A stretch of 64,000 nt of DNA, taken from positions 78,892 to 142,891 of the IMG/VR virus record IMGVR_UViG_3300025150_000004. One strand, given 5' to 3'. Position 1 is the first letter of the stretch. Every line of letters begins with the position of its first letter. The position numbers and the translations under genes were made by a program. Below, one piece after another: positions 47,310-56,737 of the stretch. This DNA is from a virus. The notes beneath the pieces were generated by a model. It was not told the DNA's origin. It was given only the letters and a program-made list of their open reading frames with translations, and ran no database searches.

Positions 47310-47927
47310 GTGCCCAAGTTGCCCCCTGAATGCGGCGTGTACGAGATCCGGTGCTCCAACGGGCGCAGGTACATCGGTTCGTCCGACAACATGGAGCGGC
47401 GGCAGCGCAACCACCTGACCAAGCTGCGGGCGGGCCGACATCAGAACCCACATCTTCAAAGGGCGTGGTCCAAGTACGGGGCGGGGGCTTTCACGTTTCT
47501 GGTGGTGGAGACATGCGCTGTTGACGAGCAGTACGCCGTCGAACAGAGGCATTTGGATGCAGCCGACAAAGCCGACCTGTTCAACATCGCAGAAGATGCC
47601 GCTCGTGGGGCTGGGCGATTTGGCCGCCTGGGAAAGAAAAACTCCCGGGAGCACAATCGACGGCTTCGAGAAGCCAACCTTGGCAAGCCCTCACCACGGA
47701 AAGGCAAAACCCACACCTGGGGGCACAAAATTCGGGTGGCGATGACGGGTCGGTTCCCCGACATCAGGGCCAGGCATCAGGATGGGAAAGTCTTGGTGTT
47801 CAAGTCCACCGTTCAGGCAGCGGAGGTTCTGGGGCTCAAACGGAAGTCCGTGAGCAACAACCTCAACGGGTTGTCGAGACGAACCCGGTGCGGCTGGACG
47901 TTCGAGCGGATCGTCTCGGGAGGGTAG
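47310..47927 (+). CDS. GIY-YIG homing endonuclease with NUMOD-like repeats
   Basis: GVYEI...YIGSS...R...H...L....H.N..LQ.AW.KYG...F...E..E. Confidence 0.9.
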   Translation: MPKLPPECGVYEIRCSNGRRYIGSSDNMERRQRNHLTKLRAGRHQNPHLQRAWSKYGAGAFTFLVVETCAVDEQYAVEQRHLDAADKADLFNIAEDAARGAGRFGRLGKKNSREHNRRLREANLGKPSPRKGKTHTWGHKIRVAMTGRFPDIRARHQDGKVLVFKSTVQAAEVLGLKRKSVSNNLNGLSRRTRCGWTFERIVSGG

Positions 47928-47931
47928 CGTC

Positions 47932-48390
47932 ATCCCAAAGTTCAGGTATCAGTGCTCCTGCGGAGTCCAGTTCGATGCCCGCAACCCGGTCTCGAAGCAC
48001 CAGGACCCCAAGCCCTGCCCAGACTGCGGGGAGTCCGCTCCCCGGATGATGCCGTCCACGGTCGAGGGGCACTTCAACAAGGAAGTGACCGGACCCGGCC
48101 CCCAGAACACGGGGATCCACGACCTCGACACTCACATCGACCGGGTGATCGGTCAGTCGGCCCACCAGGGGATGGAGGTCATCGAGAAGCGCCAGGCGGT
48201 CAAGCGGGAGTTCCTCCGTGACCGGCCGGGGATCAGCCCGAAGCAGATCGCCCGGCGCCCTGACGGCAGGTTGGGCGTGAACACCCCCGAGGAGCAGGCG
48301 TTCGCCGAGCGGGCGAACCGCATCAACAGCCGAGCCATGTCCCACTTCCAGTCCAAGCGTGAGCCCGCTCGGCAGGAGGCTGGCCGGTAA
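47932..48390 (+). CDS. FmdB-family zinc ribbon protein, apparent non-canonical ATC start
   Basis: (I)PKFRYQCSCG...PCPDCG; GGAGG RBS upstream; no in-frame ATG/GTG/TTG back to the stop at 47851. Confidence 0.7.
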   Translation: MPKFRYQCSCGVQFDARNPVSKHQDPKPCPDCGESAPRMMPSTVEGHFNKEVTGPGPQNTGIHDLDTHIDRVIGQSAHQGMEVIEKRQAVKREFLRDRPGISPKQIARRPDGRLGVNTPEEQAFAERANRINSRAMSHFQSKREPARQEAGR

Positions 48391-48415
48391 TTCTTTGATA
48401 GCCTGCCTGGATTAG
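48386..48415 (+). promoter_or_regulatory. putative late promoter for tail sheath
   Basis: GGT-aattcttt-GAT-N12-TTAG. Confidence 0.6.
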
Positions 48416-48419
48416 CAGA

Positions 48420-48593
48420 GGGCTCCTCGCCCACGGCACCACACCTCCCCTCCGGGGGAGGTGGCAGATCGATTCAGGATGGACACACCAGAACTTGTGC
48501 TGCGCTGACCCCTCCTTCGGGAGGTGGGTGATGAACCAGAAAACCTGAAGCAGCAATGTTGGCGTCCATGACGCCCTGAAACGAGGTGCCCAG
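48420..48593 (+). promoter_or_regulatory. structured 5' leader of sheath mRNA
   Basis: Nested pairings ttcagg/cctgaa, atggac/gtccat, tgctgc/gcagca, cUUCGg hairpin; ggcacc can pair over the RBS. Confidence 0.55.
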
Positions 48594-51500
48594 ATGGCGT
48601 TCCCCGGCCAGAACTACGCTCCCCCCGGCGTCTACACCCGAACTCTCTTCGAGAACCCCTTCTCCGGGTCCATCGACAGCTTGAAGATCCCGGTCTTCAT
48701 CGGTGAGGGCAACGAGTTCCTCGTCCAGCGGAACCTCGAACTGGTACGTGGCTCCTCGGCGAGCATCGACCAGCGGCGGGTCAACGAGGACATGACGGGG
48801 CGTGCGGTCGTCAGCATCTCGGCGACCGGCGTGGTGACCCTGGGCGACTGGGACGGAGTTCGGACCAAGCTCAAGGTGGTCAACCTGCCCATCGTGACCG
48901 GCAACGGCACGGGGACGGTATCGAACAGCCGCTCCGACGTGTCCGTCACCATCAACGGGCAGCCCATCGTCGTCCTGAGCGTGAACGGCACCACCGGCAT
49001 CGTCGAGCTGGCACAGGCTCCGAAGGCCGGGGACGTGGTCAAGATCACCTACTTCTTCAACCGGACGGACACCCTCATCACCGACGACGTGTCCGACCAG
49101 GTGTCCCCCGAGGCCGCCTTCGTCCGGGCCACCAGCGGCATCGCCGACGTGAACGCCCCGGACAACCAGGGCACCACCATCAACATCCACGGGGACATCC
49201 TCGGCCCGACCGGGGAGGTCGCCGTCGAGGCCAACAACGTCCTCAGCCTCATCATCGACGGGGCGGCCAAGACCATTACCATCCCGGCGAATCCCGCCTA
49301 CACGATGCAGCAGGCGGCGAACGCCATCGCAGGCCAGGCGGGCGGTACGAGCCTGACGGCTACGACGTTCGTCAACAACTTCGGGCACAGCGCTCTCCAG
49401 TTGAACGCCGATCAGGACATCACCGTCCTGGCGGGTTCGGCCAACGCCGTGCTGGGACTGCTGGCCAACTCGGCCAGCGTCCGCACCAAGACCTTCTACA
49501 CCTTCCAGGGTCCCATCGTGACCGGGGACAACGGCGGCGTCACCACGACCGACCCGGCCCACGTCACGGTGAAGGTCAACGGGGTGCAGGTTATCCCGAC
49601 GGCGGTGGACGGGGCCACCCGTGCGGTGACCCTCCCATCGGCACCGGCGGTCGGGGCCACGGTCACCATCCGCTACCACTTCAACTCGTGGCAGGACACG
49701 TTCGACTACCTCCAGCACGACGGGGTCACCTCCATCTCGGCGGTCGGCTCGGTGCCGGACACGGCGGACTTCACTGCCGAGGCCGACTACATCCTCAAGG
49801 ACGACAAGATCCTCTGGGGTACGGCCTGGACCGTCGAGGCCGACGAGACCTCGGCAGGGGCCGAACTGTTCGACGAGTCCCAGGTGAGCGGCACGCTCAT
49901 CGACAACCGCACCTACATGTCCCCCTGCACGGCGGTCGTGTCCACCTCCGGCGGGGTGAGCAAGGCCAGCAAGCGGGACTTCCTGCTCCCGTTCGCCCCG
50001 ACGCTGGGCAACGGGCGTGACACCCCTCTGGGGAGCAGCCTGTTCCAGACGGTGTCCAACGGTCGCATCGACCTGCCGGTCAACCGGCCGGATGTGGTCA
50101 CGGCCTACTGGGGCTACGGGGTGCAGGATGCCCTGGACCGTGGCCCGGTCACCGTCCTCAAGGTCGAGGGCTCGGTCATCACGCTGTCCGAGGATGTGCC
50201 CACGGGGGCCGCTGTCTTCGCCAGCTTCTACTACAACCGTCTGACGGACGAGACGTTCACCCTGACCAACACCCTGGCGGGTGCGTCCGGCGTCGGGACC
50301 TACGAGGTCACCAAGGCGGACGGCTCCTTCGTCCTCAGCCCGACCTTCAGCACGGCCTCCAAGGGTGCGGCCCTCAACGGCGTCACGCTCGTGTTCCCGT
50401 CGGGGTCGGAACTCACCCCGGACCTCCGGCACGAGGGTGTCAGCGGCTCCCAGTTCACGGGGCCGGTCGAGGAGACCGTCACCGTCCAGTTCGCAGACCG
50501 CCTGGCCACCCCAGCCAAGTGGGCCGCCCCGGGAGCCGCTCCGTACTGGTTCGTCTCGGGGCAGTCAGACCGGGTTCGTCTCCAGTTCGACAACGATGTG
50601 AACTCGGTGGACCCGGACGGGGCTGGTGGTGAGACCGAGGCCGTCGGTATCAGCCTGACCAACCCGACCAGCTTCGGTGGCGGCTTCTTCGCCACCCTGG
50701 TCGGCGACGAGGTCAACTACACCGGCGAGCCCGCCGGTGGTGCTGGTGCCTCGGTGGTCGGGGAGAGCTACACGCTGGCCGTGGCCGAAGACCTGGTGCT
50801 GTTCATCGACGGCGTCCAGGTGGATGTGACCGTTCCGGCGACTCCGGCGGGTGGCCGCTCGACCATCGAGGACTTCGTCAACGCCATCAACTTCGCCGCC
50901 GGTGGTATCACCGTGCAGGCGGACGGCGGTGGGGCGGACACCATCGAGTTCACGGTCGCCGGTTCAACCATCCCGAACATCGGGACCGACGGGTTCTTGG
51001 AGGGGTGGCGGATCACGGTCGGCGACCACGTCGTCGGCGGGGGTATCCCGACGCCGGGCCAGACCCTTGCGGTCATCGACCACACGGTCGCTGGTGGTAC
51101 GGCGACCCTCCAGGTGGCCGCCAACTGGGCCGGTGGGGCCATGGCGGCCACGGTGCCGGTCCGCATCTACGACCCGGCCGCCATGGCCGAGATGCGGTCG
51201 GCGACCCGGTTCAACGGGGCCACGACCATCGCTGCCGGTCTGCTCGACACCCTCCGGTTCGAGTACGTGGGCTCGAACGGTGCTACGGGCACGTTCCTTT
51301 CGGGGGACTGCGTGGTTGCCCCGGCGACCTACGCCTCGGCAACGGCTCTCGCCACGGCGGTGCAGAACGCCATCAACGGCGTCAATGGGTTCGGTGGGGC
51401 TGCGGCTGCTTTCGCCGGAGCCGAGGCCGAGGTCACGGCCGACGGTGACGGGCGGCTGGTGGTCAAGATCCAGCTTGCCGGGCTGGATGCGGCGGGGTCG

Positions 51501-53975
51501 TTCCGGTTCATCAACCCGACGACGGCTGCGGCAACCTACTTCCACATGCTGGCTGGCTTCGACGCCGGGCAGGGGGGTGCGGCCACCAACGGTGCGGTCC
51601 TCATCGAGGGCAACGAGGTCGCCAAGTTCGTCGTGGACCCGATTCCGGCGGCTGGCACCCAGCACCTCCACGACCGCCTGATGGTCCGCAACCGCCTGCT
51701 GCCGGGCGGAAACGCCACGTCCTCCATGACGGCCCACGACATCCTGGGCCAGACGGAGCTTCGGGTCGGCGCTGGTTCCGGCAACACCAAGGCGGGTCTC
51801 ACGAACGGCATGTTCGCCGTGGCCGGAGCCCAGGCCACCATCATGCCCGCCACGGTGGTCGCCCACATCGGGTTGGCCGGTGGGCAGGACGGGGCCACGG
51901 GTCGTCCGCAGGTCACCTTCTTCGACGGAACCGGGGCCACGCCCGCCAACAACGTCCTGCGGTTCACCGTGGACGGTGTGGCGGTCGAAGTCACCTTCAC
52001 GGCATCGGCTGCGGGCACGAGCACGGACATCGGGCCGGGAACCAACGCCGCTTCGGTTACGGGCCAGATCCTCGCCGCCCTCGCTGCCCTACCGGGTGCT
52101 CCGTTCGGAGCGGGCACGGGTGTCATCTGGGACGAGGGTGCGGGCTTCCGCCTCGTGTCCCAGACGAGCGCCACCACCTCGGCGGTCATCGTCGGGGACG
52201 GGACGGCCAACGCTCCGCTCCAGTTGGTGGCGGGCACGACATCGACTCGCACGGCGGTCAGCGCCAAGCTGCTGGCGTCGGCCCTCAACAACAACCGTGA
52301 GGACTCTTTCGCCAACTTCCTGCTCGACTTCTCGTCGGTGCAGGGAGGGGCGACGCCGATGCTCCAGAGCCTCGGTTACGCCATGGCCATCGAGGACTCG
52401 GCGGGGAGCGAGTACCTGTTCCTCCAGAGCCTCACCACGGGCACCGGCTCGGTCATCACCGTGCGGGATCCCGTGGTCGGCGGGGTGGTCACCGACTCCT
52501 GGCTGTTCCCGGGGACGGGCATCAACGCCGTGAACCTCGCCGGAGCGGTGGGAGAGGCGGCCCTGTCCGGGTTCTTCGTCACGTCGAACAAGGCGACCGG
52601 CTCTGGCTCGGCCAACGACTCCTCCCTGAACGACGGGGTGGGCTCGGATGGCGTGGTGGGCCAGACCTACCGGGACCCGGTGACCGGCCTGACCTTCACC
52701 ATCCTCCCTCGAAACTTCCACGACAACCCGAACGGGCCGTGGCAGGCGTACCCGACGGGGGCGACGGCGACGTTCCGTTTCCAGGTGAGCCGCACGCACA
52801 CGGCGGATGCGAACCTGCCCCGGACCTCCATCCCGGGCTTCGAGTTGAAGGTGGCGAACACCCTCGACATCGGGGTCGGGGACACGGCGAAGCTCCAGAC
52901 CTACGAGCGTGGCGGCGAGGAGCCCGCCATCGGGGACGTGTACTACGCCACCTACGTGTACACGAAGGAGTCGTTCAACACGGCGTACTTCACCAAGCTG
53001 TCCTCCATCGAGGCGGCCTACGGGTCGATCTCGTCGGAGAACCCGGTGACCCTGGCGGCGTTCCTGGCATCCCTCAACGGGGCGGTCCTCATCGGCATCA
53101 AGCAGGTGCCGAAGGCGACCGGGAGCAACTTCGCTTCCATCGAGTCCTACCGGGACGCCATCGTGGACCTCGAAGGGGTGCAGCCGGGCCAGGTGAACCC
53201 GGACATCATCATCCCGCTGCGGGGCGACTCGACGGATCTCTACACGATCCTGAAGAAGTCGAACGACATCCAGTCGTCCATCCGCTACCGGAGCGAGCGG
53301 ACCTCCATCATCGGCATGTCCTCGGGCAACGATGCAAAGGCGGCCCAGAACCTCGCCCAGACCCTCGGAAGCGACCGAATGCGGCTGGTCTACCCCGACA
53401 CGGCCATCATCGCCCTCACGGATGCGTTCAACGTCACCCGTGAGGAACTGGTGGACGGGCCGATGCTGGCGGCTGCCCTGGCTGGCTCCGTGGTCAGCCC
53501 GAACCTCGACGTGGCGACCCCGTGGACGGGACGCAACCTCGTCGGGTTCGTGCAGTTGGGGCGTCGGCTGGACGCCGTGGAGATGAACCAGACGGCCGTC
53601 AAGGGCGTCACGGTGCTGGAGGAGCGCCCGCCGTTCATCCGGGTCCGGCACGGGTTCACCACGGACATGTCGAACGTCCTGCGGAAGACCCCTACCGTGC
53701 GAATGATCGCCGACGAGGTGCAGCGGCAGGCTCGGGCCGTGCTCGCCAACTTCATCGGCATCAAGTTCCTGCCGGGCATCCTGTCCCAGATCGAGGGACG
53801 GCTGGCGATGATGTTCAAGGCCCTTGTGGCCCAGCAGATCGTCGCCGCCTACACCGGGGTCAAGGCCACGGTGGCCCCCGACGACCCGACGGTCGCCGAG
53901 GTGGAGGCGTTCTACCAGCCGGTGTTCCCGCTGCTCTACATCGTGCTGACCTTCCACCTCCGGGCCTCTTTATAA
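48594..53975 (+). CDS. contractile tail sheath protein with large inserted domains (1793 aa)
   Basis: N-term YAPPGVY; C-terminal sheath core (ERTSIIG...RMRLVYP...AAALAG...GVTVLE...VRHGFTT...VRMIADEV...FIG...YQPVFPLLYI). Confidence 0.9.
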   Translation: MAFPGQNYAPPGVYTRTLFENPFSGSIDSLKIPVFIGEGNEFLVQRNLELVRGSSASIDQRRVNEDMTGRAVVSISATGVVTLGDWDGVRTKLKVVNLPIVTGNGTGTVSNSRSDVSVTINGQPIVVLSVNGTTGIVELAQAPKAGDVVKITYFFNRTDTLITDDVSDQVSPEAAFVRATSGIADVNAPDNQGTTINIHGDILGPTGEVAVEANNVLSLIIDGAAKTITIPANPAYTMQQAANAIAGQAGGTSLTATTFVNNFGHSALQLNADQDITVLAGSANAVLGLLANSASVRTKTFYTFQGPIVTGDNGGVTTTDPAHVTVKVNGVQVIPTAVDGATRAVTLPSAPAVGATVTIRYHFNSWQDTFDYLQHDGVTSISAVGSVPDTADFTAEADYILKDDKILWGTAWTVEADETSAGAELFDESQVSGTLIDNRTYMSPCTAVVSTSGGVSKASKRDFLLPFAPTLGNGRDTPLGSSLFQTVSNGRIDLPVNRPDVVTAYWGYGVQDALDRGPVTVLKVEGSVITLSEDVPTGAAVFASFYYNRLTDETFTLTNTLAGASGVGTYEVTKADGSFVLSPTFSTASKGAALNGVTLVFPSGSELTPDLRHEGVSGSQFTGPVEETVTVQFADRLATPAKWAAPGAAPYWFVSGQSDRVRLQFDNDVNSVDPDGAGGETEAVGISLTNPTSFGGGFFATLVGDEVNYTGEPAGGAGASVVGESYTLAVAEDLVLFIDGVQVDVTVPATPAGGRSTIEDFVNAINFAAGGITVQADGGGADTIEFTVAGSTIPNIGTDGFLEGWRITVGDHVVGGGIPTPGQTLAVIDHTVAGGTATLQVAANWAGGAMAATVPVRIYDPAAMAEMRSATRFNGATTIAAGLLDTLRFEYVGSNGATGTFLSGDCVVAPATYASATALATAVQNAINGVNGFGGAAAAFAGAEAEVTADGDGRLVVKIQLAGLDAAGSFRFINPTTAAATYFHMLAGFDAGQGGAATNGAVLIEGNEVAKFVVDPIPAAGTQHLHDRLMVRNRLLPGGNATSSMTAHDILGQTELRVGAGSGNTKAGLTNGMFAVAGAQATIMPATVVAHIGLAGGQDGATGRPQVTFFDGTGATPANNVLRFTVDGVAVEVTFTASAAGTSTDIGPGTNAASVTGQILAALAALPGAPFGAGTGVIWDEGAGFRLVSQTSATTSAVIVGDGTANAPLQLVAGTTSTRTAVSAKLLASALNNNREDSFANFLLDFSSVQGGATPMLQSLGYAMAIEDSAGSEYLFLQSLTTGTGSVITVRDPVVGGVVTDSWLFPGTGINAVNLAGAVGEAALSGFFVTSNKATGSGSANDSSLNDGVGSDGVVGQTYRDPVTGLTFTILPRNFHDNPNGPWQAYPTGATATFRFQVSRTHTADANLPRTSIPGFELKVANTLDIGVGDTAKLQTYERGGEEPAIGDVYYATYVYTKESFNTAYFTKLSSIEAAYGSISSENPVTLAAFLASLNGAVLIGIKQVPKATGSNFASIESYRDAIVDLEGVQPGQVNPDIIIPLRGDSTDLYTILKKSNDIQSSIRYRSERTSIIGMSSGNDAKAAQNLAQTLGSDRMRLVYPDTAIIALTDAFNVTREELVDGPMLAAALAGSVVSPNLDVATPWTGRNLVGFVQLGRRLDAVEMNQTAVKGVTVLEERPPFIRVRHGFTTDMSNVLRKTPTVRMIADEVQRQARAVLANFIGIKFLPGILSQIEGRLAMMFKALVAQQIVAAYTGVKATVAPDDPTVAEVEAFYQPVFPLLYIVLTFHLRASL

Positions 53976-53980
53976 CCTCC

Positions 53981-54015
53981 TGAAATCATTGGGTTTTTAG
54001 GAACCCAATGGTTCA
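53981..54015 (+). terminator. hairpin after sheath
   Basis: cattgggtt / aacccaatg inverted repeat. Confidence 0.55.
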
Positions 54016-54051
54016 ACTTGATATCCAGGTACCGTTGGGTATAGTAAGGGC

Positions 54052-55770
54052 ATGGGTGGTCCACGTTCCAAAGTTTCCGCAGAAGAGATCCTCACAGCGT
54101 TTCAGACAGAGGAACCGTTCAAGGCTGTCGCCAAACGTTTGGGGATGAGTCCGAACACGCTCCGTGGGAAATGGAAAGAAGCCTTCGGAGAGGAAGCGTT
54201 CAAGGAACGGGGCAAACGACTTCAGGCCAAAGCTGCGGCTTCCACAGCCAAAGCCATCGCCCATAATAGGGTCTACAAGGACACCGAGGTAACCTGCTCC
54301 AGGTGTGGTCGTTCCCAGACGCTCAAGACCAATCAGGCGGCTCAGATGGATGCGGCTTCGTTCGTCTGCGACCGTTGCCGGTTTGACCGGGCTTGTCCGG
54401 TTTGTGGGCAGCGTGTTGATGGGGAGCGTGGTCTCTCCGGTCATTTCAGGCATCAACGGGAGGCTGGGGACGAAGCGCACATCCAGCATCAGGCAGAGGA
54501 GGAGAAGGTCCGGTGGACAGGATTGTCCGAGGGCGAGGGTTTTGTCCAATGTTTGGAGTGCGGGCATCGGGCAGAAACACTGGCCCGCCACCTGAAGGCC
54601 GTTCACGGGATCACGGCTGAGGAGTACCGGGCACGGCACCCCGGGGCACTGATCCGCTCTGAGCGGCTCACGGAGATTCGGTCTCAGGCGGCGAAGGATC
54701 GGGTTGGTGGATCGGGAAAAGGATCTACCAAAACCATCACTTGCCCTGGATGCGGGGTTGGACAAGAAGTCTCCAGGTTCCTGGGTTCTGTGCATGACCA
54801 CCGCTGTCAGGAGTGCCGTAAGAAGGACGAGGAGGCACGATGGGCTTCGCTGTCCGAGCCCGAAGACTACGTGACCTGTCTCGATTGCGGTTACCAGGCG
54901 GAGAATCTGACGAGCCATTTACAACACGAGCACCCGGGTTACCGGGACCGTCATCCAGACGCCTTCGTTGTGGCGCTTGGTTCCTCCGTTCGGGACAAGT
55001 CGGCCCTTCGGGGAGTTTCTAGGTCACCGGAGTTCGGTCAGAAGGTGCGGGATGCGAAGCTCCTCAATCTGATCAAGACGGATTTCGAGCCGTACCTGGA
55101 ATCGGACGGCACGGTGGATCACCGTCGGGCGATGGAGGGCTTGGGCTGTGCCTGGCCAACTTTGAAACGATACATGGATGCCCTGGGGCTGGAGCCTACC
55201 CGGAAGTACATCGAGCAGGCGGTAGAGGAGCGCCTGGTCAAACTGACGGCTGAGCAGCTTGAGCCTTTCAAGCTGGGAAACGGCAAAGTGAGCATTGCCA
55301 AGGCGGTGGCAGAACTGGGTTACTGCAATATCACCATCAAGCGGGAGTGCCACCGTCTCGGGTTGAAATGGGCGCACGGCAACGTTTCACAGCGCAAATG
55401 TCTGGATGCTATTTCCGAGGCTCTCGGGGGGCTCATCTACGAGGAGGAGTGGAAACGCAGGGCTTTCGTCAATCCGGTGACCGGGCACCGTTTCCGTTTC
55501 GACGCCCTGTTCCCCGACGTGGGGCTAGTGGTGGAATTTCAGGGTAAGTTCCATTACACTTTTCCTTCCCATATTTTCCATGACGATTCCTACCGCTCGG
55601 AGTACAACAAGCTCCGAGAGCGGGACCGGCTCAAGCGGGAGATGATCGAGGCGGCCCTGGACCTCACCTACTTCGAGGTCACGGAGGACGAGCCATATAC
55701 GGACGTGTCCTACCTGCGTGGTCGTTTGGTGGAGAGTGGGGTCATTTCCAGAGCGGGTCGAACCTGTTGA
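54052..55770 (+). CDS. multi-zinc-finger (incl. MucR-like) protein with C-terminal PD-(D/E)XK endonuclease
   Basis: HTH, several CxxC pairs, CLECG..LARHL..VHGIT.EEYR, RFDALFP...VVEFQG..HY; own TTGATA-16-TATAGT promoter. Confidence 0.75.
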   Translation: MGGPRSKVSAEEILTAFQTEEPFKAVAKRLGMSPNTLRGKWKEAFGEEAFKERGKRLQAKAAASTAKAIAHNRVYKDTEVTCSRCGRSQTLKTNQAAQMDAASFVCDRCRFDRACPVCGQRVDGERGLSGHFRHQREAGDEAHIQHQAEEEKVRWTGLSEGEGFVQCLECGHRAETLARHLKAVHGITAEEYRARHPGALIRSERLTEIRSQAAKDRVGGSGKGSTKTITCPGCGVGQEVSRFLGSVHDHRCQECRKKDEEARWASLSEPEDYVTCLDCGYQAENLTSHLQHEHPGYRDRHPDAFVVALGSSVRDKSALRGVSRSPEFGQKVRDAKLLNLIKTDFEPYLESDGTVDHRRAMEGLGCAWPTLKRYMDALGLEPTRKYIEQAVEERLVKLTAEQLEPFKLGNGKVSIAKAVAELGYCNITIKRECHRLGLKWAHGNVSQRKCLDAISEALGGLIYEEEWKRRAFVNPVTGHRFRFDALFPDVGLVVEFQGKFHYTFPSHIFHDDSYRSEYNKLRERDRLKREMIEAALDLTYFEVTEDEPYTDVSYLRGRLVESGVISRAGRTC

Positions 55771-56678
55771 CGGCGGAGGCCCTCTTGGCACGGAGGGCCT
55801 CCAGTTCCTCGGTCAAGGCCGAGTTGGCGGCTGTCAGGGTCTCGACCGTCTGGGCCAGTGAGCGATTCTCCTGGGCTGTGGATGCCGCCTTCTGGGCTTC
55901 CCTGATGGTTTCATCCTGAGCCGCACTAAGCTCCCCTTGGAGACGTTTCACCTCCGCCCGTAGGGCGGAGAGATCCGACCGCCTTGCCCACGTCCGTCTG
56001 GGCAGAACCTTCGGGGAAGTAGACGCCCCAGACCCCCTCCTTGTTGATGGCATCCCCGACCTCCCGAGTGCAGAAAGTCAGCCTGGTCGAGTTGTTGTTC
56101 TCCCGCATCCAGTGGTCGGTCCACCACGGTTCCGGCCCGAGGAGCCGGAGGTACGGCATCATGAACCCCAGCCTCCAACGGTCCTCACTGTAAGGGTCTG
56201 CCTTTGGGTTCTCGTAGGCGTAGGCTCTGATGGAGTTCCTTTTTAGGTCTCCTGCCCACCAGAAGCCCTCACCGTCCTGAACCACGGAGACTTCACTCCC
56301 CGGGTTCTGGAAAGCCCTGATGTGGTCAGGTAGCCCCCTTGAGCCCGATCTCGGGCAGACGGAAGGCTCGGGGTCGGGTGCATTGTCATCCTTGCGGAGG
56401 TCGTAGACGGAGTACCGAGGGCCGTGGTGGTGCCGGTCATCGTGGACTGGAAGGACCCAGAGCAGCGAGCGCTCCCCTGTAATGAGGTCCAGCAGGGGAT
56501 GTCCGGCGTAGACCGTGAGGTCCGTCCCGGTGATGTAGTGGACTCCCTTGACGTAGCCGGTCGAGGCCACGGTCACGCTGGTGCCGGAGACCTCGTAGCC
56601 GTTCTCCCGCAGGATGCGGAGGTCGTACCGCTCACCGGGGATGAAGGTGGGTTGGGGGTTTTTAGCAGGTCCGTTCAC
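55742..56678 (-). CDS. hypothetical protein with C-terminal coiled coil; apparent frameshift near 55980
   Basis: ORF 55926..56678 is plausible to TDVGKA; the coiled coil SDLSALRAEVKRLQGEL continues in another frame to 55742. Confidence 0.55.
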
Positions 56679-56706
56679 GTCTCGCCCTCTGGGCTGTCCC
56701 GGGACA

Positions 56707-56732
56707 TCTACCCGGACAGACCGAGGGCTAAA
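56707..56732 (-). promoter_or_regulatory. putative early/middle promoter (TTTAG-N16-GTAGA)
   Basis: Motif recurrence. Confidence 0.55.
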
Positions 56733-56737
56733 ACGGG

